From: Candidatus Krumholzibacteriia bacterium
Lineage (GTDB): Bacteria > Krumholzibacteriota > Krumholzibacteriia > WVZY01 > JAKEHA01
Length of the DNA: 64,000 bases
Assembly (NCBI GenBank): GCA_029865265.1
Contig: JAOUHG010000017.1
Span: forward strand, 1-64,000
Direction: 5' to 3'
In this document: one piece after another, positions 27,738 to 38,035 of the stretch
Layout of the letters: each line of letters opens with the position of its first letter
Position numbering within the stretch: position 1 is the stretch's first letter
Notes under the pieces: model-generated
Database searches by the model: none
The model's input: the letters and a program-made list of their open reading frames with translations, nothing else
Told to the model about the DNA's origin: nothing
Made by a program: the position numbers and the translations under genes

Positions 27738-30480
27738 GACCTCCCTCCCGGGCCGGCGTGACCGGCGCCGTTACGGACCGCTCTACACCGGCACGGCCCG
27801 CGCATTCAATGAGGGCCCGGCGCGGCTCCGGGCGGCGCTGCCGCGCGCGGCGGCGGCGGTGGCGGGCATGTTGACGGCGGCGGCGGCCGTTGCGGCCATG
27901 GCGGGCGGCAAGCCGGCCTCGCTCGCGCCCGATCCGCTCCAGTACGTGTCCCCCAGCCGCGCCTTCCGCACCCTGCACACGGCGCTCGATCTCGATATCG
28001 ACCTGGAAGGACAGCGCATCGCCGGCAGCGTCACCCACACCCTCCAGTCTCTTAGACCGCTCGTGGCGGAGATTGGTTTCAACTGTGTCGAACTTACCGT
28101 GGATTCGGTCACCGTGGACGGCCACCGCGCCGCGTTCGACTATCCGGTCTCGGCGGGCCAGAACACCTCGTGGATCAGCGGCGCGGCGGAGGCGGTGGCG
28201 GACGACCAGCTCGTGGTGAAGCTGCCGCAGGCCCTCGCCCGCGGCGAGGAGGCGCAGGTGCGCGTGTACTACCGGGGCGCCCCCAAAATCGGCCTGTACT
28301 GGATCCCCACCGAGAAGGGCATCCCCGAGAAGCGCTGGGAGGTGTGGTCGCAGGGCGAGGGCGAGGACAACCGCTACTGGATCCCGTGCTTCGACTACCC
28401 CAACGACCGCGCCACCTTCGAGGGGCGCTTCCGGGTGCCACACGGATACACCGCCATCTCCAACGGCGCCCTGGTCGAGAAGAAAGACGTGGGAGACAAG
28501 ACCGAGTTCTACTGGAAGCTCGAGCAGTCGCAGGTGAGCTACCTCATCATGCTCGCGGTGGCGAAGTACCGCGTGTACGAACAGAAGTGGAACGACGTGG
28601 ACGTGTGGTACGTGGTTCCGCCCGACGCGGACGACGCCACCATCCTGCGCGGCTACGGCCTCACCGGCGACATGATGGAGTACTTCTCGAAGGAGATCGG
28701 CATCGACTACCCGTACACCAAGTACGCGCAGGTGGTGGTGCAGAACTTCATCTACGGCGGCATGGAGAACACCACCGCCACCACCATGAACATGCGCACG
28801 CTGTACGACGAGCGCGAAGGCCTCACGCGCACCGAGCGCTCCCTGGTGGCGCACGAGCTCGCCCACCAGTGGTACGGCGACCTGCTCACCTGCCGCGAGT
28901 GGAGCCAGATGTGGCTCAACGAGGGCTTCGCCACCTACTACGCCTATCTCTACGAGGAACACCACGCCGGCGATGACGCCTTCCGCTACAAGATGCTGGA
29001 GGCGCAGCGCAAGGTGGTGGTGAGCGACGACGCCGACCCGCGGCCCATGGTGGTGGACTTCTACAACCGCCGCGACGCGCGCAACAACACCAACGTCTAC
29101 AACCGCGGCGCCAGTGTGCTGCACATGCTGCGCTTCCTCTTGGGCGACGAGATGTACCGCGCCACCATCCACGAATACACCCGGCGTCACGCCCACTCGG
29201 TGGTGGAGACGCAGGACCTCATGCGGGCGGTGCGCGACGTGACTGGCGAGAACCTCGACTGGTTCTTCGAGCAGTGGGTGTTCCTGGCCGGCTACCCGAA
29301 GTTCCGCGTCAGCAAGGACTGGGACCGCGAAACCGGTGTCCTGCACATGCGCGTGGAGCAGACCCAGGTGGCGGAGGGACTGGTGCCGGTGTTCCGCGTG
29401 CCGCTGGACGTGGAGATTGCGTGGGAGGGCGGCACGCGCACGCAGCGCATCGTGGCGGAACGAGCGTCGCAGGACTACTACTTCTCCGTCCCCGCCGAAC
29501 CGAAGATGGTGGTCTTCGACAAGGGCGGGTGGATTCCCAAGACGCTGGACTTCCCACGCCGGTTGGAAGAGCTGCTGTACACGCTCGAGCAAGGCGACTT
29601 TGCCGCGCGCGTGGATGCGGCACTGGCTCTGGGCAGCATGGGCGCCGACGCGCGCACCGCCCCGGTATTGCGCGCGGTGCTGCAATCCGACCAGTACTGG
29701 GGCCTGCGCCGCGAAGCAGCGCTGGCGCTGGGCGCGGCGGGAACGCCGGCTGCGCGCGACGTGCTCGTCGAAGGCCTCGGGCTGGATGACGCGCGGGTAA
29801 GGCTGGCCTGCGCCGAGGCGCTGGGCGGTTTCCACCGCGACGCGGTGGCCGCGGCCGCGCTGGAAAAGGCCATCAACAACGACCGCGCGTACGGCGTACG
29901 CGTGCAGGCCGTCAGCAGCCTCGTGAAGACGGGCGACGACCGCGCGTCAATGGTGTGTGTTGCGGCACTCAAGCAGGAGTCGGACCGCAGCTCCGTGCGC
30001 GCCGTCGCCATCGAGGGACTGGCCGCGCTCAAGGACCCCGCGGCGATGGACCGCGTTCGTCCGTACTGCACGCCGGGCAACCGGCGCGACCAGCGCCACC
30101 CGGCCATCAAGGCGTACGCATCCCTCGCCCGCGAGCTGACGAAGGAATCCGACCGGCGGCGCGCGGCCGAGTTCCTCGCGCCGTTCCTGGACGACTGGTA
30201 CCTGCGCACCCGCGAGGCGGTGATCGACGCCTTGATCACCATTGGCGATCCGGGCTCGGTGGGCACCCTGGAGCGGGTGGCGACCGGCGATCCGCTTGCC
30301 GCCGTGCGCGACCGGGCCCGCAAAGGCGCCGAGCGCATCCGGGCCGAACACGCCACCCGTTCCGGTAAGACCACCACCGCCGCGGAGCTCGAGGAGTTGA
30401 AGCGCCGCGTGGCCACCCTGGAGGACGACCTGCGCGAGGCCCGCAAGGCCCTGGCGGGAAGCGACGGCCCGGACGAGTGA
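27736..30480 (+). CDS. M1-family zinc aminopeptidase with C-terminal HEAT/PBS-lyase-type repeats
   Basis: GGMENTTATT (GAMEN) and HELAHQWYGD...WLNEGFATY (HEXXH-x18-E) motifs. The C-terminal ~300 aa are α-helical repeats (ALALGSMGADARTAPVLRAVL...). The start is uncertain: ATG 27736 (MTSLPGRRDRRR... with a long signal-like leader), or ATG 27481 overlapping the rfbD stop, or an internal ATG/GTG near 27850. Confidence 0.8.
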   Translation: MTSLPGRRDRRRYGPLYTGTARAFNEGPARLRAALPRAAAAVAGMLTAAAAVAAMAGGKPASLAPDPLQYVSPSRAFRTLHTALDLDIDLEGQRIAGSVTHTLQSLRPLVAEIGFNCVELTVDSVTVDGHRAAFDYPVSAGQNTSWISGAAEAVADDQLVVKLPQALARGEEAQVRVYYRGAPKIGLYWIPTEKGIPEKRWEVWSQGEGEDNRYWIPCFDYPNDRATFEGRFRVPHGYTAISNGALVEKKDVGDKTEFYWKLEQSQVSYLIMLAVAKYRVYEQKWNDVDVWYVVPPDADDATILRGYGLTGDMMEYFSKEIGIDYPYTKYAQVVVQNFIYGGMENTTATTMNMRTLYDEREGLTRTERSLVAHELAHQWYGDLLTCREWSQMWLNEGFATYYAYLYEEHHAGDDAFRYKMLEAQRKVVVSDDADPRPMVVDFYNRRDARNNTNVYNRGASVLHMLRFLLGDEMYRATIHEYTRRHAHSVVETQDLMRAVRDVTGENLDWFFEQWVFLAGYPKFRVSKDWDRETGVLHMRVEQTQVAEGLVPVFRVPLDVEIAWEGGTRTQRIVAERASQDYYFSVPAEPKMVVFDKGGWIPKTLDFPRRLEELLYTLEQGDFAARVDAALALGSMGADARTAPVLRAVLQSDQYWGLRREAALALGAAGTPAARDVLVEGLGLDDARVRLACAEALGGFHRDAVAAAALEKAINNDRAYGVRVQAVSSLVKTGDDRASMVCVAALKQESDRSSVRAVAIEGLAALKDPAAMDRVRPYCTPGNRRDQRHPAIKAYASLARELTKESDRRRAAEFLAPFLDDWYLRTREAVIDALITIGDPGSVGTLERVATGDPLAAVRDRARKGAERIRAEHATRSGKTTTAAELEELKRRVATLEDDLREARKALAGSDGPDE

Positions 30481-30645
30481 CCCAAGGGTTGTGGCCACGA
30501 AATTGGGTCTCCGGCATGGTAAGACGCTTTTATGAATAAAGTTACGGGGCTGGCCGTGAACCGGCGCGGCACGTCGGGCCAAGCTGGTGCCCCAGGGGGA
30601 GATGGCCCCGCGCCGGGGACATTCTCCCGGCCACGACCTTTGGAT

Positions 30646-30674
30646 TTGACATTGCTAAACCTTTCACATAGTCT
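30646..30674 (+). promoter_or_regulatory. σ70-type promoter candidate for the atp operon (TTGACA-17-TAGTCT) in an AT-rich island
   Basis: tttggaTTGACAttgctaaacctttcacaTAGTCTcttaacgg about 100 nt upstream of atpZ. A GGAGATTATCTCC palindrome lies between the promoter and the ATG. Confidence 0.45.
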
Positions 30675-30779
30675 CTTAACGGTTGCTGACGGGAGCACCT
30701 GTCCGGTAGAGTCGGGCGTCTTGAGGAATGGGCCCAACGGCTCCGCCGGCGCATCGGAGATTATCTCCTGGTCCGGCTC

Positions 30780-31040
30780 ATGAAGCCGGAGAAGGAACGG
30801 TACAACTGGGCACGTCAGGCGGGGTTGCTGTCGACGATCCCGTTTCTGATGGCGGTGCCCCCGATCGCCGGTCTTCTGATCGGCCGCTATCTCGATAAGA
30901 AGTTCAACCTACAACCCCTATTCACCATCGTCCTGCTGCTGCTGGGGTTCGCCGCGGGTGTGCGTGAAGTTGCACTCGTAATCAAGAAGGCGAATGCCCC
31001 CTCCGATGGAGACGACAAGCGTGATCGAAGCACGAAATAG
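30780..31040 (+). CDS. AtpZ/Atp1-type small membrane protein encoded at the head of the F-ATPase operon (putative F0F1-ATPase subunit family)
   Basis: 86 aa with two hydrophobic helices (LLSTIPFLMAVPPIAGLLIGRYLD / LFTIVLLLLGFAAGV). First gene of the atp cluster. Confidence 0.7.
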   Translation: MKPEKERYNWARQAGLLSTIPFLMAVPPIAGLLIGRYLDKKFNLQPLFTIVLLLLGFAAGVREVALVIKKANAPSDGDDKRDRSTK

Positions 31041-31464
31041 CGTAGCGACCGCCGCCTGGTCGGCCGTCGATGCGGACCTGCTCAGTCGCGTGCGCAAGAC
31101 CTCGCTCGTGCTGGGCATCGTCGTCGGTATTCCGCTCACCTTTTACTTTGGATTGATGGCGGGCGCGGCGTGGTTGGCGGGTATGGTATGGTCGCTGATC
31201 AATCTGGCGCTCATTGCAGCGGTCGTGAAGCGCGTGCTGGCCGATGAACGCGACAAGACGGCCATCGTCATCGCGCTGGCCATCAAGTTTCCCGTTCTAT
31301 ACGCCGCCGGACTGGCCTTGCTGGCGGTGCTGCACCTGCCGGCCGCATGGCTGGTGGCCGGCTTCACCTGGCCGCTGTTCGTCGCCGTCATGAAGGCCGC
31401 GGGACGCGCCTACCTCGGTCTCGACGAGACACGCGGACCCCGTAGACAAGGATTGGAATCGTGA
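31006..31464 (+). CDS. atpI: ATP synthase protein I (AtpI-like, 4 TM)
   Basis: Polytopic membrane protein directly upstream of atpB. Its stop overlaps the atpB GTG (GTGA). The start is uncertain: track ATG 30994, ATG 31006 (METTSV), or a GTG near 31089; all ATGs overlap the atpZ 3' end. Confidence 0.6.
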   Translation: METTSVIEARNSVATAAWSAVDADLLSRVRKTSLVLGIVVGIPLTFYFGLMAGAAWLAGMVWSLINLALIAAVVKRVLADERDKTAIVIALAIKFPVLYAAGLALLAVLHLPAAWLVAGFTWPLFVAVMKAAGRAYLGLDETRGPRRQGLES

Positions 31465-32333
31465 GTCTGACCCATCTGATCGAGCGAATCGCGGGCAACG
31501 GGATGCTGCGCCTCGTCACCGAGGTCGCCGAAGACGTCGCGCACGGCGAGGCCCACGACATGGCCCACGAGGAAGCCGCCCACGAGCTGCCCAACTGGAT
31601 CACGCTGATCCTGGAGTTCGTCCACAACCCCGCCGTGAAGGGCTTCCTGCACGAGTGGGAGGGCATGATCTTCTCGTTCGCCATCGCCGGCCTGCTCATC
31701 GTGGTGGCGCGGCTGGCCTCGCGCAACCCGCAGATGATTCCGGGGCGCCTGCAGAACGTGGTGGAGATGGTGGTGGAGGGATTGTCGAACTTCATCATCG
31801 GCATCCTCGGTCCGCGTGGGAGGCAGTTCGTTCCCTTCCTGGGCACGCTGTTCGTCTACATCCTGGCCATGAACCTCTCCGGTGTGCTGCCCCTGGGCAA
31901 GTCGCCCACCGCGAGCCCCAACACCACCGTGGCGCTGGCGCTGTGCGTGTTCCTGTATTCGAACTGGATCGGGCTTCGGAGCAACGGCCCCGTCGGCTAT
32001 CTCAAGCACCTGGCGGGTTCGCCCAAGAGCCCGGTGGAGTGGGCCTTCGTGCCCATCATGTTGCCGATTCACATTCTCGGCGAGATCGCACGTCCGGTAA
32101 GCCTGTCGCTGCGACTCTTCGGCAACGTATCCGGCGAAGACGTGCTGCTGTTTGCTTTCTGCAGCCTCGGCGTCACCGCGCTGTCGTTCGCCAATTCGCC
32201 CATCGGCATTCCGTTCCAGGTACCGTTCATCCTGCTGGCATTCTTGACGAGTTTCATTCAGGCGCTGGTGTTCACACTATTGAGCACCATCTATATCCTG
32301 CTGTGGCTGCCCCACGAAGACGAGGGGCACTAG
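31461..32333 (+). CDS. atpB: F0F1 ATP synthase subunit a
   Basis: Conserved stator arginine region VSLSLRLFGNVSGEDVLL and C-terminal ...LVFTLLSTIYILLWL. GTG start. Confidence 0.9.
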   Translation: MSLTHLIERIAGNGMLRLVTEVAEDVAHGEAHDMAHEEAAHELPNWITLILEFVHNPAVKGFLHEWEGMIFSFAIAGLLIVVARLASRNPQMIPGRLQNVVEMVVEGLSNFIIGILGPRGRQFVPFLGTLFVYILAMNLSGVLPLGKSPTASPNTTVALALCVFLYSNWIGLRSNGPVGYLKHLAGSPKSPVEWAFVPIMLPIHILGEIARPVSLSLRLFGNVSGEDVLLFAFCSLGVTALSFANSPIGIPFQVPFILLAFLTSFIQALVFTLLSTIYILLWLPHEDEGH

Positions 32334-32377
32334 TTCCTGTTTCCCAAACCCAAACGTAACCTGAGGAGGTTATTGAA

Positions 32378-32611
32378 ATGGACGCATCAACCGCTCTGGG
32401 CTTTGCCCTCCCCATCGGCCTGGGCCTGGCCGCCATCGGCTCGGGCATCGGCTTCAGCCGCGCCATCGGCTCGGCCATGGAGGCCATCGGCCGCCAGCCG
32501 GAGGCTTCCGGCAAGATTCAGACCGCGATGATCATCGGCGCCGGGCTCATCGAAGCGCTCACGATCTACGCGTTCGTCACCGTGTTCCTGCTCATGGGCA
32601 AGATCCAGTAA
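32378..32611 (+). CDS. atpE: F0F1 ATP synthase subunit c
   Basis: 77-aa hairpin proteolipid MDASTALGFALPIGLGLAAIGSGIGFSRAIG...LIEALTIYAFVTVFLLM with the conserved carboxylate (E in LIEAL). AGGAGG RBS. Confidence 0.9.
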   Translation: MDASTALGFALPIGLGLAAIGSGIGFSRAIGSAMEAIGRQPEASGKIQTAMIIGAGLIEALTIYAFVTVFLLMGKIQ

Positions 32612-32676
32612 CCGGGGTTCTTTCCCCTGTCAGACGGCCGTGTGGCGCGTGACGGCGCGTGGCCGAGGAGTGTGAG

Positions 32677-33171
32677 ATGGAACTTCAGTGGAAAGCATTA
32701 CTGACCCAGGTCGTTGGCTTCCTCATCGTCCTGTGGCTGTTGCGCAAGTACGCGTGGGACAAGCTGCTCGCGTTCATCGAGAAACGCCGCGAGACCATCG
32801 CGGCGGAGTTCGAGAGCATCGAGCGCACCAGGGCCGACGCGGATGCGCTGCGCCGCAAGTACGATGAAGAGCTGGCGGGCATCGAGGCCACCCGGCGCGC
32901 GCGCATCCAGGAGGCGGCGCACGAGGCCAGCGGCATCGCGGGCAAAATCCGCGACGAGGCCCGCCAGGAAGCCGTCGACATGCGCGTCAAGGCCACCCAG
33001 GACATCGGCATGGAAATGGACAAGGCCAACGCGACCTTCCGGGACCAGATGGTCGACGCCGTGCTCACCGCCACCGAGAAGCTGATCCGCCAGCGGCTCG
33101 ACGACGCGCAGCACCGGCGCCTGATCAACGAGTACCTGGACGAAGTGGCCAACCGGCCGGCGGGACGATAG
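32677..33171 (+). CDS. atpF: F0F1 ATP synthase subunit b
   Basis: Single N-terminal TM (LTQVVGFLIVLWLL) then a long charged coiled coil. GAGGAG RBS before ATG 32677 (track GTG 32659). Confidence 0.85.
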   Translation: MELQWKALLTQVVGFLIVLWLLRKYAWDKLLAFIEKRRETIAAEFESIERTRADADALRRKYDEELAGIEATRRARIQEAAHEASGIAGKIRDEARQEAVDMRVKATQDIGMEMDKANATFRDQMVDAVLTATEKLIRQRLDDAQHRRLINEYLDEVANRPAGR

Positions 33172-33174
33172 ACG

Positions 33175-33723
33175 ATGGTCCTTTCCGGAGTCGGCAAACG
33201 CTACGCGGTGGCGCTGTTCAATGCGGCCAGGGCGGAGGACGTGCTGGACCAGGTCTACGGCGACGCGGTCAGCTTTGCGAGGGTGCTCAAGGCGGAGCGT
33301 TCGTTCAAGCGCTTCCTGGAGTCTCTGCAGGCCACGTCGGACGAGAAGAAGGACCTCGTGGTCAAGGTCATCGGCGACCGCGCGTCCGGCCTCTTCGTCA
33401 AGTTCGTGCTGCTCCTGATCGACAAGAAGCGCATGGCGAACTACGCGGAGATCGAGAAGGCGTTCGAGGCGTTGTACGACGAGGAGCGCGGCATCGTGGA
33501 GGTGGCGCTGGTGACCGCCGTTCCGCTGGACCTCGAACTGGAGCGCAAGGCCAAGGCCACCATCGAGAAGCGCACGGGCAAGACGGCCAAGATTGTCAAG
33601 CGCGTGGACCCCGGCGTGATCGGCGGCGTGATCATGATTGCGGGCGACCAGATCATCGACGGCAGCATCCGCAACCATCTCGCGGAGATGCGGCAGGAGC
33701 TGCTCGCGTTGCGGGTACGTTAG
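33175..33723 (+). CDS. atpH: F0F1 ATP synthase subunit delta (OSCP)
   Basis: Position in the operon and an OSCP-like sequence (YAVALFNAA...[60 protein letters not shown]). Confidence 0.85.
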   Translation: MVLSGVGKRYAVALFNAARAEDVLDQVYGDAVSFARVLKAERSFKRFLESLQATSDEKKDLVVKVIGDRASGLFVKFVLLLIDKKRMANYAEIEKAFEALYDEERGIVEVALVTAVPLDLELERKAKATIEKRTGKTAKIVKRVDPGVIGGVIMIAGDQIIDGSIRNHLAEMRQELLALRVR

Positions 33724-33757
33724 AGACACATCGAATAGAATACCGAGGAGTGAGAGC

Positions 33758-35284
<1,527 letters not shown>

Positions 35285-35293
35285 CGCAATCCA

Positions 35294-36205
35294 ATGGCGA
35301 CACTACTCGATCTCAAACAGCGCATCCGGTCTGTCGAGAACATCGGCAAGATCACGCGCGCCATGCAGCTGGTGGCGGCCGCCAAGCTCAACCGGGCGCA
35401 GTCGCGCGCGCACGGGGTTCGTCCCTACACCGACGAGCTCGACCGGGTGCTGGGCGGACTGGCCGGCGGCGGCATGGAAGAATCCGAGGACGTCTCGGTG
35501 GAGTTCACCTACGCCGACGAAAGACCGCCGGTGCGGACCACGCTGGGGCGTCTGTTCTCGCAGCACGAGGTAAAGAAGCCGGGCATCGTGCTGGTGACCG
35601 GCGACCGCGGGCTGTGCGGCGCGTTCAACACCAACCTGATCCGCGCAGCACAGCAGTTCATGAACGAGAATTCGGACAAGGACTGCAAGCTCATCACCAT
35701 CGGCAAGAAGGGGCAGGCGTTCTACCGCCGCCGCTCCACACCGGTCGTGTTCAGCAGGACGGGTATCAGCGACAAGCTGGAGCTGGCCGAGGTCAAGGAG
35801 ATCACCGGCAAGCTGATCGAACTGTACGCGAACGACGAGGTGGACGCGCTCTACTTCATCTTTGCCAAGTCCATCCGCGCCGCGCTGTACAAGATTACGG
35901 TGCAGAAGTTCCTGAGCATCCCGCCGGTGGCAGGCGCGGGCGCGGACGACAACTACATCATCGAGCCCGGGCGAGACGAGCTGTTCGCGGATCTGCTGCC
36001 GCTCTACGCCACCTCGCTGGTGTTCTCGGCGCTGGCGGATTCGTTCGCCTCCGAGTACGGCGCGCGCATGGCGGCCATGCAGCAGGCCACCAAGAACGCG
36101 GAAGAGAAACTGGGAGACCTGGTCATCGAGAGAAACCGGCTCCGCCAGGCCACGATCACGCGCGAACTCGCGGAGATCGTGGGCGGCGCCGAAGCCCTCA
36201 AGTAG
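35294..36205 (+). CDS. atpG: F0F1 ATP synthase subunit gamma
   Basis: MATLLDLKQRIRSVENIGKITRAMQLVAAAKL...ITRELAEIVGGAEAL matches the gamma-subunit termini. Confidence 0.95.
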   Translation: MATLLDLKQRIRSVENIGKITRAMQLVAAAKLNRAQSRAHGVRPYTDELDRVLGGLAGGGMEESEDVSVEFTYADERPPVRTTLGRLFSQHEVKKPGIVLVTGDRGLCGAFNTNLIRAAQQFMNENSDKDCKLITIGKKGQAFYRRRSTPVVFSRTGISDKLELAEVKEITGKLIELYANDEVDALYFIFAKSIRAALYKITVQKFLSIPPVAGAGADDNYIIEPGRDELFADLLPLYATSLVFSALADSFASEYGARMAAMQQATKNAEEKLGDLVIERNRLRQATITRELAEIVGGAEALK

Positions 36206-36213
36206 CACCCTGA

Positions 36214-37653
<1,440 letters not shown>

Positions 37654-37671
37654 GCGGAGAGGAACCGACGT

Positions 37672-37947
37672 ATGGTCACGCAACCCAAGTTCAGCTTCAA
37701 GGTGCTCACCCCCAACCGCAAGGCGTTCGACGGCGACGTCGTGTCGATCGTCGCCCCGGGCGGTGCGGGCTACCTGGGCGTGCTCGCCAACCACGCGCCG
37801 CTCATTACAACGGTGCAGACCGGCGAGCTCACCGTGAAGCTCCCCGACAACCGCGTGAGCCACTACACGGTGGGACGCGGCTTGTTGAAAGTTGCCAACA
37901 ACCAGGTGGTCCTCTTGACGGAATCGGTGGAGGAAACGAAGGGGTAG
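37672..37947 (+). CDS. atpC: F0F1 ATP synthase subunit epsilon, short form (91 aa; β-sandwich only, no C-terminal helical hairpin)
   Basis: N-terminal domain similarity (FKVLTPNRKAFDGDVVSIVAPGGAGYLGVLANHAPLIT). The stop follows immediately and is succeeded by a strong terminator. Confidence 0.85.
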   Translation: MVTQPKFSFKVLTPNRKAFDGDVVSIVAPGGAGYLGVLANHAPLITTVQTGELTVKLPDNRVSHYTVGRGLLKVANNQVVLLTESVEETKG

Positions 37948-37978
37948 GCGTACTCGCGTCCGTTGGTATGAATGAAGA

Positions 37979-38010
37979 GGGCCGGCTCTGGCGAGTCGGC
38001 CCTTTCTTTT
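37979..38010. terminator. rho-independent terminator between the convergent atpC and histidine-kinase genes (10-bp GC stem, TGGC loop, TTTCTTTT tract)
   Basis: GGGCCGGCTCtggcGAGTCGGCCCTTTCTTTTGG seen directly. A T-richer tract on the other side (TCTTCATTCAT) may allow bidirectional use. Confidence 0.7.
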
Positions 38011-38035
38011 GGTTGGGACGTAGTGTTGAACGGTC

